Assembly (NCBI GenBank): GCA_965223295.1
Contig: CBDCWC010000003.1
Location: 64,001-128,000 of the forward strand
Direction: 5' to 3'
Origin: Nitrospirales bacterium
GTDB lineage: Bacteria > Nitrospirota > Nitrospiria > Nitrospirales > UBA8639
Length of the DNA: 64,000 nt
This document shows, piece after piece, positions 10,576 through 21,538 of the stretch (within the stretch, counting starts at the first letter, position 1; each line of letters begins with the position of its first letter). The notes under the pieces were generated by a model. The model ran no database searches. It was not told where the DNA came from and saw nothing but the letters and a program-made list of their open reading frames with translations. The position numbers and the translations under genes are program-made.

Positions 10576-12149
10576 GGGCTACCCTTCAAACCAAGATGGG
10601 CCATAATCTTCAATGCCTTAGCTGTTTTTGCTAGAGGCTCAGATAAAGATTCTTGTTGGACAATGACAGATGCCGATTGTGTAGCCACGACCCTCTCCAC
10701 ACTGCTATGCATCACATCTAAAAGAGGCTTAGGATAGAGCCCAATCCAAAGTACCAGCACTACAAGTGGCACTAACATGGCAAACTCACGAGAATTAAGA
10801 TCCGTGAGTTTAGGAAGCATCTGTGGCGAGGCAGGTCCATAAACAATCCGCTGCACTAAGTACAAAATATACACGGCCGCTAAAATAATCCCCAATGCGG
10901 CTAAAGTCGCCGTCAACTTGTCCCAAGCAAAGACACCGACGAGGACTAAAAATTCACCCACGAAACTATTCATCCCAGGAAGCCCAACTGAAGATAATGC
11001 AAAAATCACCAAGAAGGTCGCGTACTTTGGCATGGCATGAGCGAGTCCCCCGTTCTCAGAAATCTCTCGGCTATGCGTCCGTTCATAAATGATACCTACA
11101 CACATAAAGAGTGCGCCTGTTGTAATCCCGTGATTAATCATTTGAAGCACCGCACCTTCGATTCCTTGAGCATTGAAGGCAAAAATTCCCAACGTCACAA
11201 AACCCATATGACTCACACTGGAATAGGCAATCAGCTTTTTAATGTCACTTTGAGCCAGCGCCATATAGGCACCATAAATAATGGCAATAACCGACAAGGC
11301 CATAATCATAGGAGTGAAGGTGACCGACGCATCAGGCAACATCGGCAACGAAAATCGTAAGAACCCATACGTGCCTAACTTCAACAAGACACTCGCCAGA
11401 ATGACGCTTCCCGCTGTAGGAGCTTGTACGTGGGCATCTGGTAGCCACGTATGAAACGGGAACATGGGCACCTTGACGGCAAACGCTGCAAAGAAAGCCC
11501 AAAACAACAGGGCTTGCAGACTTGGAGCATATGAGGCATGCGTCAAGGCCAAAATATCAAAGGTTCGCCCGCCTTCAAAGTACAACACTAAAATCGCAAC
11601 CAGCAGAAGAATGCTCCCGGCCAAGGTATAGAGGAAAAACTTGATGGCCGCATACACGCGATTCGGTCCACCCCACACCCCAATTAACAAATACATGGGG
11701 ATTAACATGGTTTCCCAAAAGATATAAAAGAGCACAAAATCTAAGGCCACAAACACACCAATTGTCGCAGTCTCCATGACAAGCAAGCTGATCAAAAACT
11801 CTTTCATCCGTGTTTCAATCGCCGTCCAGGACACCAGAATACACAGGGGCGTCAAAAAGGTTGTCAGCAGCACTAGCGGCATACTGATGCCATCAACTCC
11901 CAAGGCATAATGAATAGCAGGCGAATCAATCCACAAATGTTTCTCAACGAATTGCATGCCGGCTGCCCCATTGTCGAACGCAAACCACAGAGGCAATGAC
12001 ACGACAAGCGTGATGACTGAAGTGGCTAAGGCAATTTGCCGAGATAACACTTCATGCGCAAGCAAAGTCGCCACGACGCCTAGCAGCGGGAGAAGAAGAA
12101 TCAGCGTGAGCCAGGGTGTGCCCCCTGTTGCGACTACCACTTCAGTCAT
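10572..12149 (-). CDS. nuoM: NADH-quinone oxidoreductase subunit M
   Basis: KVPMFPFHTWLPDAHVQAP and KKLIAYSSVSHMG motifs. Confidence 0.97.
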   Translation of the reverse strand: MTEVVVATGGTPWLTLILLLPLLGVVATLLAHEVLSRQIALATSVITLVVSLPLWFAFDNGAAGMQFVEKHLWIDSPAIHYALGVDGISMPLVLLTTFLTPLCILVSWTAIETRMKEFLISLLVMETATIGVFVALDFVLFYIFWETMLIPMYLLIGVWGGPNRVYAAIKFFLYTLAGSILLLVAILVLYFEGGRTFDILALTHASYAPSLQALLFWAFFAAFAVKVPMFPFHTWLPDAHVQAPTAGSVILASVLLKLGTYGFLRFSLPMLPDASVTFTPMIMALSVIAIIYGAYMALAQSDIKKLIAYSSVSHMGFVTLGIFAFNAQGIEGAVLQMINHGITTGALFMCVGIIYERTHSREISENGGLAHAMPKYATFLVIFALSSVGLPGMNSFVGEFLVLVGVFAWDKLTATLAALGIILAAVYILYLVQRIVYGPASPQMLPKLTDLNSREFAMLVPLVVLVLWIGLYPKPLLDVMHSSVERVVATQSASVIVQQESLSEPLAKTAKALKIMAHLGLKGSP

Positions 12150-12178
12150 GAGAGTCCGTTTCTCCTACGCCCAACACA

Positions 12179-12325
12179 TCTACCTCCCCTAGCCCTTCCT
12201 TACAAAGGAGGGGTAAAGAAGACGGGAAATACTGCGTAAACCTAACATCTATTATTTGAAACCATTTCATGAGAAAAGCACCTACGCATTCCTCCCCTTT
12301 GTAAGGGGAGGCTAGGTGGGGTAGA
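12179..12325. repeat. Inverted pair of REP-like palindromes between nuoL and nuoM
   Basis: 12179-12213 TCTACCTCCCCTAGCCCTTCCTTACAAAGGAGGGG is a near reverse complement of 12291-12325 CCTCCCCTTTGTAAGGGGAGGCTAGGTGGGGTAGA. Confidence 0.8.
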
Positions 12326-12378
12326 ACATCATTCATGTATCAATCAACTGACCTAAAACTCCTTCACATCTCAGCCTT

Positions 12379-14277
12379 TTAAAAAAAGATCAATGCCCCC
12401 AGTATCACTACGGCGCCGACCGTCATGGCCAGCGCGTAGTTTTGTGCTTGTCCACTTTGAAGTACCCGCGTCACCCATCCTCCCCAGGCCACGGCACGCG
12501 CAACTCCATTGACCGCTCCATCAATGATTGCCACATCCACCTGCTTCCATAAACTATCCGCCATTTTTAACGTCGGCTTTGTCACCGTCTGTTCATACGC
12601 TTCATCAACAAACCATTTATTCAACGATAGTTGATACAGCGATTGCCATTGCGCGGCAAGACGATCCGGCAAGCCTGGCGACATCACATACACAAAATAT
12701 GCACCAGCAATCCCTAAAAGCCCCATCGCTGTTGCCGCCACCATGATTCCTGTTGCCGCCGCTCCTTCATGATGTCCCCCACTCTCACTCCCGGGGAACG
12801 CTGGAGCCAGGAATTCAGGAATGCCAATATATCCAGCGAGAATACTCAACACGGCAAGAATGAGCAGCGGAACCGTCATGGTCTTCGATGGTTCATGAAT
12901 ATGACCAGCATGGGCAGGGTCCACCTTAGATTCCCCCCAAAATGTCACAAACACTAAACGAAAACTGTAGAAGGCGGTCATCAAGGCTGTTAGTAACCCC
13001 AAGACAGTCAGCGCTTGCCCCAGCCCACCTGACATCCACGACGACAGCAACAATTCATCCTTACTAAAAAATCCCGCGGTTAACGGAAAGCCTGCAAGCG
13101 CCAGGGAACCGATCACAAAGGTCCAATAGGTCACAGGCAATTTATCCTTAAGACCGCCCATCTTTCGAAAATCTTGCTCATGATGCAACGCAATAATGAC
13201 CGCACCACACCCTAAGAACAGCAGCGCTTTAAATGCTCCATGCGTGAGCAAATGATACATGCCGGAGACATAGGCTCCCAATCCACAGGCCATCATCATG
13301 TATCCCAATTGGCTCAACGTGGAATAGGCCACCACACGTTTGATATCTGTTTGCGTCAATGCAATGGTCGCCCCAAGAAACATGGTGACTCCCCCAACGA
13401 TGGCCACGACATCCATGGCAACTGGAGACAAGTTATACAGCGGAGCCAAACGCGCCACCATAAAGACGCCAGCCGTCACCATCGTCGCAGCATGAATCAG
13501 CGCAGAAATGGGCGTGGGGCCTTCCATAGCATCCGGCAACCAAACATGCAGGGGAACTTGGGCGGACTTCCCAACCGCTCCAACAAAGAGGAATAGGCAA
13601 ATCAGCGTCATCACCGAAATTTCCCAATTGCCCCCAATCGTTGCCAGCAAATTTACTGTTCCTCCAGCTAGGTTCTCTAACTGCGAAAACACCTCTTGAT
13701 ATTGCAAGCTGCCGAATGTCACAAATACGAGTAAGATACCCAGCATGAAACCAAAATCACCAACCCGATTGACTAAGAAAGCTTTGGTGGCCGCAGCGCG
13801 AGCTGATTGGCGTTCGTACCAATGTCCAATCAGCAGATAAGAACACAGTCCCACCGCTTCCCAAAAAACAAAGAGCTGTAAGAAATTATCAGACATGACG
13901 AGCATCAACATGGAAAAGGTAAAGAGCGCAATATTACTGAAAAAACGAGCATAGCCCGGCTCACCATGCATATAGCCAATGGTGTACACATGCACAAGAG
14001 AACTAACGATCGTGACCAGCATCAACATCGCTGCCGTTAATTGATCGATAAACAGTCCTAAGGTAATGGTGAGATTACCTGAATCCGCCCAGGTATAGAG
14101 TGGAATGCGCAACACCGTTCCACCGGCAACTTCAGTCAAAGCCATTATGGAAAGAAGAAAGGAGCCAACAACGGCAGGAACAGCAATGAAATGCGCCCGT
14201 TCCTTGATGACATGGCCACCTAGACCAAGAGTCACAAAGACAAGCAATGGAAGAAGAGGGATGAAGGCGTAAATCAT
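12379..14277 (-). CDS. nuoL: NADH-quinone oxidoreductase subunit L
   Basis: NRVGDFG and GKSAQVPLHVWLPDAMEGPTP motifs. Confidence 0.97.
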   Translation of the reverse strand: MIYAFIPLLPLLVFVTLGLGGHVIKERAHFIAVPAVVGSFLLSIMALTEVAGGTVLRIPLYTWADSGNLTITLGLFIDQLTAAMLMLVTIVSSLVHVYTIGYMHGEPGYARFFSNIALFTFSMLMLVMSDNFLQLFVFWEAVGLCSYLLIGHWYERQSARAAATKAFLVNRVGDFGFMLGILLVFVTFGSLQYQEVFSQLENLAGGTVNLLATIGGNWEISVMTLICLFLFVGAVGKSAQVPLHVWLPDAMEGPTPISALIHAATMVTAGVFMVARLAPLYNLSPVAMDVVAIVGGVTMFLGATIALTQTDIKRVVAYSTLSQLGYMMMACGLGAYVSGMYHLLTHGAFKALLFLGCGAVIIALHHEQDFRKMGGLKDKLPVTYWTFVIGSLALAGFPLTAGFFSKDELLLSSWMSGGLGQALTVLGLLTALMTAFYSFRLVFVTFWGESKVDPAHAGHIHEPSKTMTVPLLILAVLSILAGYIGIPEFLAPAFPGSESGGHHEGAAATGIMVAATAMGLLGIAGAYFVYVMSPGLPDRLAAQWQSLYQLSLNKWFVDEAYEQTVTKPTLKMADSLWKQVDVAIIDGAVNGVARAVAWGGWVTRVLQSGQAQNYALAMTVGAVVILGALIFF

Positions 14278-14281
14278 CGCC

Positions 14282-14587
14282 CTACCACTTCAACAGCCGG
14301 AAATCATCGATATTGATGCTAGCCGAATGTCGATACAGCGCAATAATAATCGCGAGCCCAACCGCGACTTCTGCCGCAGCGACCGTCAGCGCGAAAAAGA
14401 CAAACACTTGGCCGGATAAATTTCCCAGATAGGAGGAGAATGCCACAAAGTTAATATTTGTGGCATTCAGCATCAGCTCGACAGACAGCAGAATGATAAT
14501 AATATTTCGGCGAATGAGCACACCCACTAATCCTATCGAAAACACGATACCGCTTAAGACAAGATAGTAGGTGACGGGAACTTCCAT
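14282..14587 (-). CDS. nuoK: NADH-quinone oxidoreductase subunit K
   Basis: SVELMLNA and [11 protein letters not shown] motifs. Confidence 0.97.
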   Translation of the reverse strand: MEVPVTYYLVLSGIVFSIGLVGVLIRRNIIIILLSVELMLNATNINFVAFSSYLGNLSGQVFVFFALTVAAAEVAVGLAIIIALYRHSASINIDDFRLLKW

Positions 14588-15105
14588 TAATCTTTGACCT
14601 TCAAAATACCTTTTTTGGTGAGGATCACGGCTCCAACCATCGCAACCAATAAGATGAGGGACGCGACTTCAAATGGAAAGAGATACGTGGAATACAGAAG
14701 CTCACCGATCGATTCGGTATTCCCTTTGGTGAGTTCAATGGGGGCCTGAGAAGCCGGGAGGGTGTCGCCAAGCCTCGTCTCCCCCTTTACCACCAGGAGA
14801 ACGGCTTCCGCGAACAACATACATCCAAGAAATAACCCGACGACAAACTGGCTATGAAAATGTTCTTCTCTTTTTAAATTCAGCAGCATGACCACAAAGA
14901 GATAGAGCACAAGAATAGCCCCCGCATACACGAGTATCTGTATCACGGCCAAAAATTCGGCATGCAAGGTGACGAACAGACCAGCCACGTGAAAGAACAT
15001 GACCAAAAGAGCCAACGCACTGTACACCGGATTTTTGAGTGCCACGACTATTCCGGCGGCAGCGACAATCACGCTGGCAAAATAAAAAAAGACAAAGGTT
15101 TCCAT
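14587..15105 (-). CDS. nuoJ: NADH-quinone oxidoreductase subunit J
   Basis: [12 protein letters not shown] and [10 protein letters not shown] motifs. Confidence 0.97.
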   Translation of the reverse strand: METFVFFYFASVIVAAAGIVVALKNPVYSALALLVMFFHVAGLFVTLHAEFLAVIQILVYAGAILVLYLFVVMLLNLKREEHFHSQFVVGLFLGCMLFAEAVLLVVKGETRLGDTLPASQAPIELTKGNTESIGELLYSTYLFPFEVASLILLVAMVGAVILTKKGILKVKD

Positions 15106-15182
15106 GATTAGGCAGAGGAAATTAAGAATGCTGAGTTAGCAGATTTTCAAGACAAGTCTTCCAACAATCGTTCCTAAGTTTC

Positions 15183-15722
15183 CTAGGCGTCTTTCTGAGG
15201 AATTTCTTTAAACCCAACATTAAAGTAGGCCACATTCGGATGTTGAAACTCTAACCGTTTTTCCCGAACCGGAAAATTCCGGTCACCCATGGCCAGTAAT
15301 TGCTGTTTATTCAAGTGTAACTGCCGTTTATCGTAGACAGCCCATTCATATTCTTGAGTCATCCCCAGCGCATCCACCGGGCAGGCTTTGACACAGAGAC
15401 CACAAAATAAACAGCGAGTCATATCCATGTAATATTCCTTGGAATACCGCTTCGCGGGTTCTTTAGGGACTTCAGCACTCACCACCCGTATCACGCGAGA
15501 TGGGCACGCCGCTTCACACAGATCACACCCCACACATTTTTCCGTTCCATCGTCGTACCGCAACAACGCTAACATTCCTCGGTAATTCGAAGGCAAGGGC
15601 TTTTTCTCATGAGGGTACTGCAGCGTAATCGGCCGATACTTCAATAGATGCGCCATCGTGGCCTTCATACCTAACAACAGTTCATAGAAGGTGAGAGTCT
15701 TCACCCATTCTTTGATATTCAT
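15183..15722 (-). CDS. nuoI: NADH-quinone oxidoreductase subunit I
   Basis: Two CxxCxxCxxxCP ferredoxin motifs. ATG 15722 preferred because it does not overlap nuoH. Confidence 0.95.
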   Translation of the reverse strand: MNIKEWVKTLTFYELLLGMKATMAHLLKYRPITLQYPHEKKPLPSNYRGMLALLRYDDGTEKCVGCDLCEAACPSRVIRVVSAEVPKEPAKRYSKEYYMDMTRCLFCGLCVKACPVDALGMTQEYEWAVYDKRQLHLNKQQLLAMGDRNFPVREKRLEFQHPNVAYFNVGFKEIPQKDA

Positions 15723-15744
15723 CGTTCTTTCATCACCCTCATCA

Positions 15745-16800
15745 TTACGGGAAAAGATAGGCAATAATAGACGTCACAACGATATTCCCCAGCGCAATTG
15801 GTAACAGCACCTTCCATCCGAACCGCATCAATTGGTCATAGCGCAACCGAGGCAAGGTGGCTCGCAACCAGAAAAACAAAAAGAGAAACCCTGCCACTTT
15901 AGAAACAAACCAAAAAATTCCCGTTAACCAATGAAGAGATTCAGGGCCTTGCAACACTTCCAAGGGAGCATGCCACCCGCCAAAAAATAAGACGGTCGCC
16001 ATACATGACACCAAAATCATGTTGCCGTATTCAGCCAAGAAAAAGAATGCGAACCGCATACCGCTATATTCGGTAAAAAACCCAGCGACGAGTTCACTTT
16101 CTGCTTCCGGCAAATCAAATGGAGTCCGGTTAGTTTCTGCCACGGACGAAATCAAAAACACTACAAAGGCAATGGCTTGCGGAAAACCTCCTCCCCCAAA
16201 AAAGTACCAATTCCAAAATCCACCAGCTTGGGCATTCGTAATGGTGACCAGGCTCAAGGAACTGGAAAGCAACAGAATCCCCACGATCGACAGACCGACG
16301 TTCAATTCGTAACTAATTAATTGTGCAGCCGAACGCAGACCGCCCAACAAGGAATATTTGCTATTCGAGGACCAGCCTCCCAGAATGATGCCGTAGGCCC
16401 CAATAGAGGCAAAAGCCAAAATATAGAGCACCCCAATATTAATATCGGAAATGACAAACGGCTTAAAATTCACGCCGTTCACATCAACGGTCCAATCCGG
16501 ACCAAAAGGAATGACGGCAAACCCTATCAATGCAGGAACCAATGATAAGATCGGCGCCATGCTAAACATTAACTTGTTCGCGCCGGCTGGAATGATGTCT
16601 TCTTTAAAAAAGAGTTTTAAGCCATCCGCCACCGGTTGCAAAATACCATAGGGACCCACTTCCATCGGCCCCATTCGATCCTGCATCCACCCCAGCACCT
16701 TGCGTTCCAGCAGCGTGAGCAGGGCCACAGTCAGGAGCACCGCCATCATCACTGCGCCTATTTGGCCTAACGTTAGCCCTAACCGAATAACCGTTTCCAT
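15745..16800 (-). CDS. nuoH: NADH-quinone oxidoreductase subunit H
   Basis: [14 protein letters not shown] and [17 protein letters not shown] motifs. Confidence 0.97.
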   Translation of the reverse strand: METVIRLGLTLGQIGAVMMAVLLTVALLTLLERKVLGWMQDRMGPMEVGPYGILQPVADGLKLFFKEDIIPAGANKLMFSMAPILSLVPALIGFAVIPFGPDWTVDVNGVNFKPFVISDINIGVLYILAFASIGAYGIILGGWSSNSKYSLLGGLRSAAQLISYELNVGLSIVGILLLSSSLSLVTITNAQAGGFWNWYFFGGGGFPQAIAFVVFLISSVAETNRTPFDLPEAESELVAGFFTEYSGMRFAFFFLAEYGNMILVSCMATVLFFGGWHAPLEVLQGPESLHWLTGIFWFVSKVAGFLFLFFWLRATLPRLRYDQLMRFGWKVLLPIALGNIVVTSIIAYLFP

Positions 16801-16842
16801 AACGGATTCACTCCTCTCCTCTCTTTGGCAACACGCAAGCAG

Positions 16843-19533
16843 TCAACCGCCTTGGCCCCCTGCTACTTTTTCTAAGTAGACATGAGCGACCTTGAAGTAC
16901 GGCACTTGAGTTTCCGGATCAACCATATAAGGCAACAATTGCCGAATCTCTTCATCAAAATGCTCAGGAAAGACCGCAACACCTTGGGGAATGCGTTCAC
17001 GCAATCCAATTGGTGTCACCACTTCACCTAAGCGATTGCGAACCTTTACTTTATCGCCTTCAGAAAGGCCATGCCGAACGGCCTCTTCAGGATGTAGATA
17101 GAGCTTGCCAGTGGATTCAACCTGTAACAATCCTTTGGCTTTTCGGGAAAATTTCCCCGAATGGAATAATGATTGAGCAACCTGCAAAACAATTTCATGG
17201 GCCTCCGCTGCCTTGCCAGACAATTGATAGCGTGCAGCGATATCTCTTTGATAATCAGTTGTGATATATCGGGCAATCGCAGAGGATTGTGGTTGCGCCG
17301 GTAATGGAGCGGGCCCCAAGGTGCGGGCGCCAGGGAGAAGATTACGAATTTCTTTTCCGATTTCTTTCACCTCACCATATTCCATCGGGTCATCCATCAT
17401 CACCGAAAGCGCCGAGAAAACTTCCCAGTCCGGCCGACTTTCACCAACCAAATCCATGGCTTTTCGCACGGGTTGGATATGCCCTTCTGTATTGGTAAAA
17501 GTCCCGTCTTTTTCAGCATAAGAACAGGCAGGAAGCACCGCATGCGCATGCTGAGCCGTTTCAGTCAGAAATAATTCTTGACAGATTAGCAATTCGAGCT
17601 TCTCCAATGCCGTGTGAATACCTGATGAAGGCGGTAAGGAGGCTAACGGATTTTCACCTACGACCAATAGAGCTTTCAATTTTCCTTGCTGCGCATCTTC
17701 AATCATCTGTGGCAACGACGAACCAGGCGTATCGGGAATTGTTCGACCCCATGCTTGCGAGATGTTTTTGCGCACTTCTGGATCCCCCAACGATTGTCCG
17801 CCAGGCAAGACAGCTCCAGTTCCACCCATTTCATATGCGCCTTGATCATTATTTTCTTCAGCCATGGGAGCCAATCCACAACCAGGCTGTGTGAGTTTTC
17901 CAGTCACCAGCAACAGGTCCAAAAGATTCATGGTCATCCCAAATCCACCTGAAGATCTCAGCACACTAGGCCCGACAAGAATGACGACTCTTTTCCCTTC
18001 ACCAAATACCTTGGCTGTCTGAAGGAACGTTTCCGAAGAAATTCCAACCTGCGCATAAATAGCATCCCATGTCAGCGCTTCAAGTTTAGCCGTGACATCA
18101 CTGAAAAACGACTGGGCCTTGGCCTGTAATTCTGTATCGAGAATTGACTGGGTCAACGCGGCTTTCAGAAAACCTAAAATTGCCGCCGCATAGTCTGTTG
18201 GCTTCACCTCAAGATGATGCTGCGCCAGATTGGCAATATTACTGACATTCTCAATAGCGGCTTTTAACGCCTCAATCGTGATTAACGTTGCACCGCGCCG
18301 TTTCACCGCGTTTTTCACTTTCAACCCGGTGATGGGATTTGTCTCCGTAATATTCGTGCCGACGAGTAACAACACATCAGCTGATTCAATGTCTTCAAAG
18401 CTGACTGACCATCGATGAGTCCCTTGCACTCGTTGCAGGGCATGCACACCGTTCAGATGACCATACCGCGCACTCGTATCAATGCGATTCGACCCAATCA
18501 CTCCACGCATGAATTTCTGGAACACATAAATATCTTCATTGGTGCAACGTCCAGAAATAAGCCCGCCAATTGCATCAGCACCGTACTTCGCCTTGACATC
18601 CAACAAACGCTTGGACACTGCTTCCAAGGCTTCTTCCCAAGGCACCGGCCTAAAACTCGCTCCCTCACGCAGTAAAGGAGAAGTGACTCGATCAGGATGT
18701 TCACTGACGTGATAGCCAAAAAATCCTCGTGCGCACAGATCCCCATTATTTCGACCAGACCCTTGGGTAGAATTAATTTCGATCAGCGCATTGTTTTTTG
18801 TTTGAAACGTCACCTGGCATCCATCGCCGCAATACCCACAGACTGAATCGGTGCGCTTAAGCATCCAGGGACGAAATTCATACATTGAAAGGCGACTAGT
18901 AATTGCGCCAACCGGACAAATCTGGACACAGCCTCCACAAAATTCGCAGTCCAACTCATGCGACGCGAAGCTCTTGATTTCCGTCAACGTTCCCCGTCCC
19001 ATGGGGGCAAGAGCTTTCACATCCATGACCTCATCGCAATAGCGCACACACCGCATACATTGCACACAACGATTCATTTGCGTTTCGATCAGCGGACTAA
19101 AATATTCTTTTTTAAAGACTCGCTTTAGTTCCGTAAAGCGGCTCTTCGTGGCTGTATATTCATGCGAAAAATCTTGGAGATCACAGCGCCCACCTTGATC
19201 GCACACCGGACAATCCAAGGGATGATTGGCCAGAATGAAATCTAACACCGACTTCCGGGCATCTTTGGCTTGAGTTGAAGATGAGGATTTGACCACCATC
19301 CCCTCCGCCACTGGTGTGCTACAGGATGTTTGCAGACGCGGCATCTTTTCAATTTCGACAAGACACATACGGCAATTCGCATCGGGCGCTAACTTGGGGT
19401 GGTAACAAAAATGTGGAACCATCACACCTACTTGGCGAGCCGCTTCAATCACCAGCGTCCCTTTGGGCACCGTGGCTGTTTGGCCGTCGATCGTGAGAGT
19501 CACCATCTCAGTTGTTGTTGATGAAACCGCCAT
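16843..19533 (-). CDS. nuoG: NADH-quinone oxidoreductase subunit G
   Basis: FCYHPKL...CRMC, HPLDCPVCDQGGRC, CVQCMRC and CGYCGDGC motifs with a molybdopterin-oxidoreductase-like C-terminus. Confidence 0.95.
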   Translation of the reverse strand: MAVSSTTTEMVTLTIDGQTATVPKGTLVIEAARQVGVMVPHFCYHPKLAPDANCRMCLVEIEKMPRLQTSCSTPVAEGMVVKSSSSTQAKDARKSVLDFILANHPLDCPVCDQGGRCDLQDFSHEYTATKSRFTELKRVFKKEYFSPLIETQMNRCVQCMRCVRYCDEVMDVKALAPMGRGTLTEIKSFASHELDCEFCGGCVQICPVGAITSRLSMYEFRPWMLKRTDSVCGYCGDGCQVTFQTKNNALIEINSTQGSGRNNGDLCARGFFGYHVSEHPDRVTSPLLREGASFRPVPWEEALEAVSKRLLDVKAKYGADAIGGLISGRCTNEDIYVFQKFMRGVIGSNRIDTSARYGHLNGVHALQRVQGTHRWSVSFEDIESADVLLLVGTNITETNPITGLKVKNAVKRRGATLITIEALKAAIENVSNIANLAQHHLEVKPTDYAAAILGFLKAALTQSILDTELQAKAQSFFSDVTAKLEALTWDAIYAQVGISSETFLQTAKVFGEGKRVVILVGPSVLRSSGGFGMTMNLLDLLLVTGKLTQPGCGLAPMAEENNDQGAYEMGGTGAVLPGGQSLGDPEVRKNISQAWGRTIPDTPGSSLPQMIEDAQQGKLKALLVVGENPLASLPPSSGIHTALEKLELLICQELFLTETAQHAHAVLPACSYAEKDGTFTNTEGHIQPVRKAMDLVGESRPDWEVFSALSVMMDDPMEYGEVKEIGKEIRNLLPGARTLGPAPLPAQPQSSAIARYITTDYQRDIAARYQLSGKAAEAHEIVLQVAQSLFHSGKFSRKAKGLLQVESTGKLYLHPEEAVRHGLSEGDKVKVRNRLGEVVTPIGLRERIPQGVAVFPEHFDEEIRQLLPYMVDPETQVPYFKVAHVYLEKVAGGQGG

Positions 19534-19544
19534 ACGTTCAGGAC

Positions 19545-20852
19545 CTATCGTGACAAAACCGGAATCTCTTTCGTGCGAGGCATCGTCGCTTCTGCCTCTT
19601 TGATTAAGGCCTCATATTCATGACGAAAATGCTTCAAGCTACTCTGAACAGGTCCAACTTCCGCTTCGCCAAAGGCACAGACGGTGCGTCCGGCAATATT
19701 TCCACACAGCTCGTCCAACATTTCAAGATCGCCAGCTCGCCCTCGTTTATCCCAAATGCGCTGAAGAATTTGCGTCAACCAAGAACTGCCTTCACGACAT
19801 GGCGTACATTTCCCGCAAGATTCATGGTAGAAAAATTCCATGAGCCGCAGAGCTGCCCACACCATGCTCGTGCCCTCTTCCATGACGGTCACACCACCGG
19901 AGCCTAACATGGATCCAGCCATGGCGACCGCTTCAAAATCCATTTTGACATCTAAATGCTCAGGGGTCAGAATCGGGGCTGAAGCTCCGCCAGGGATAAA
20001 CGATTTGAGCGGTTTATCAGACCGCATCCCTCCACCCACATCATAAATAAATTCACGAAAGGGAATGCCCATCGGGACTTCATAGTTGCCCGGACGCTTG
20101 ACATGGCCGCTCAAACAAAACACGCGAGTGCCACAACTCTTTGGGGGAGAACCAATCCCTGCAAACCATTCGCCGCCACGATTAATGATCGATGGAACGT
20201 TCGCCATCGTTTCAACATTATTGACCACAGTAGGCTTCTGATAGAGGCCATGCGTCGCGGGAAACGGCGGCTTGAAGCGAGGCATGCCCCGTTTGCCTTC
20301 TAAGGATTCCAACAAGGCCGTTTCTTCTCCGCAAATATACGCACCGGCACCGGAATGCACATAGATATTAAACGTCTTTCCGCTTCCTAACACATTCTGA
20401 CCTAAATATCCCCCGGCATAGGCTTCTTGAACTGCTCTTTCCAGAATTTTTGCACCAAGGCGAAACTCGCCTCGAATATATATGTAGGCCGTCTCCGCAC
20501 CAATGGCAAAACAGGTAATCGCCATGCCTTCCAACATTTGGTGAGGATCACGCTCCATCAATTGCCGGTCTTTAAAGGTGCCTGGCTCGCTTTCATCGGC
20601 ATTGCAACACAGATATTTGGGACCAGGATGATCTTTGGGAATAAACCCCCACTTCACACCAGTTGGAAAACCTGCTCCTCCTCGTCCCCGCAAACCGGAT
20701 TTCTTGACTTCTTCAATGACCTGATCCGGCTGCATCTCTTTCAATACTTTGCGAAGAGCTTGATACCCGCCAGCTTTCTCATAGTCAGCCAACAACCCCG
20801 TATAGCCTGGCTGTTCCATATTTTTGAGAAGGATTTTTTCGTACTGCGCCAT
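19545..20852 (-). CDS. nuoF: NADH-quinone oxidoreductase subunit F
   Basis: GLRGRGGAGFPTG, GAYICGEETAL and ESCGKCTPCREG motifs. Confidence 0.98.
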   Translation of the reverse strand: MAQYEKILLKNMEQPGYTGLLADYEKAGGYQALRKVLKEMQPDQVIEEVKKSGLRGRGGAGFPTGVKWGFIPKDHPGPKYLCCNADESEPGTFKDRQLMERDPHQMLEGMAITCFAIGAETAYIYIRGEFRLGAKILERAVQEAYAGGYLGQNVLGSGKTFNIYVHSGAGAYICGEETALLESLEGKRGMPRFKPPFPATHGLYQKPTVVNNVETMANVPSIINRGGEWFAGIGSPPKSCGTRVFCLSGHVKRPGNYEVPMGIPFREFIYDVGGGMRSDKPLKSFIPGGASAPILTPEHLDVKMDFEAVAMAGSMLGSGGVTVMEEGTSMVWAALRLMEFFYHESCGKCTPCREGSSWLTQILQRIWDKRGRAGDLEMLDELCGNIAGRTVCAFGEAEVGPVQSSLKHFRHEYEALIKEAEATMPRTKEIPVLSR

Positions 20853-20874
20853 TAGATTGTCTAACCGTTATGAC

Positions 20875-21402
20875 TTAAGATTTTGCCAAAGGCACTGGAT
20901 ACATAAACGGCCCACTTTTTAAAGGGCAGTCTCCATCCCGAGCAAGATCATCTAAAACCCGTCCCACCTTTTCTTCCGTTAATTGCTCATAATAATCATC
21001 ATTCACTTGCATCATGGGTCCCGTGCCGCAAGAACCTAAACATTCTACGACGCTAAGCGTGAAGATATTATCTTTCGTGGTTTCCCCCGGAATAATATTG
21101 AGCTTTTTCGAAATCCAACCCACCAAGACGTCCGAGCCTACCAACGCACACATAAGGGATTTGCAGACCTGCAGATGAAACTTCCCAATCGGCTTGAGAT
21201 TGAACATCGTATAAAACGTGACCGTCTCAAACACCTGCGGTGGAGTCAAATCTAAAACTTTGGCAATATCTCGCATCGCTGGCTCACTCACATAGCCTTC
21301 CTCCCGTTGTGCCAAATTGAGCAACGGCAGCAATGCCGATCGTTTCACCGGATAACGGGAAAGAATATCTTCAATCTCGTCTTTGAATTTCGTCAGCAGC
21401 AT
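20875..21402 (-). CDS. nuoE: NADH-quinone oxidoreductase subunit E
   Basis: CxxxxC and ECLGSC 2Fe-2S ligands; TFYTMF motif. Confidence 0.96.
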   Translation of the reverse strand: MLLTKFKDEIEDILSRYPVKRSALLPLLNLAQREEGYVSEPAMRDIAKVLDLTPPQVFETVTFYTMFNLKPIGKFHLQVCKSLMCALVGSDVLVGWISKKLNIIPGETTKDNIFTLSVVECLGSCGTGPMMQVNDDYYEQLTEEKVGRVLDDLARDGDCPLKSGPFMYPVPLAKS

Positions 21403-21420
21403 ATCCTGATATTCTTCATT

Positions 21421-21458
21421 TCCTCCCCTTTGTAAGGGGAGGATAAAGGTGGGGTAGA
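21421..21458. repeat. Third REP-like palindrome, between nuoCD and nuoE
   Basis: TCCTCCCCTTTGTAAGGGGAGGATAAAGGTGGGGTAGA, near-identical to 12290-12325. Confidence 0.8.
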
Positions 21459-21538
21459 AGTACCAACTCTTCCACCGATCTAATAATTACAACCCCTTAA
21501 CCTTTTCTACCTTTCACTTCTCGCGTTTGACGTCTTCA

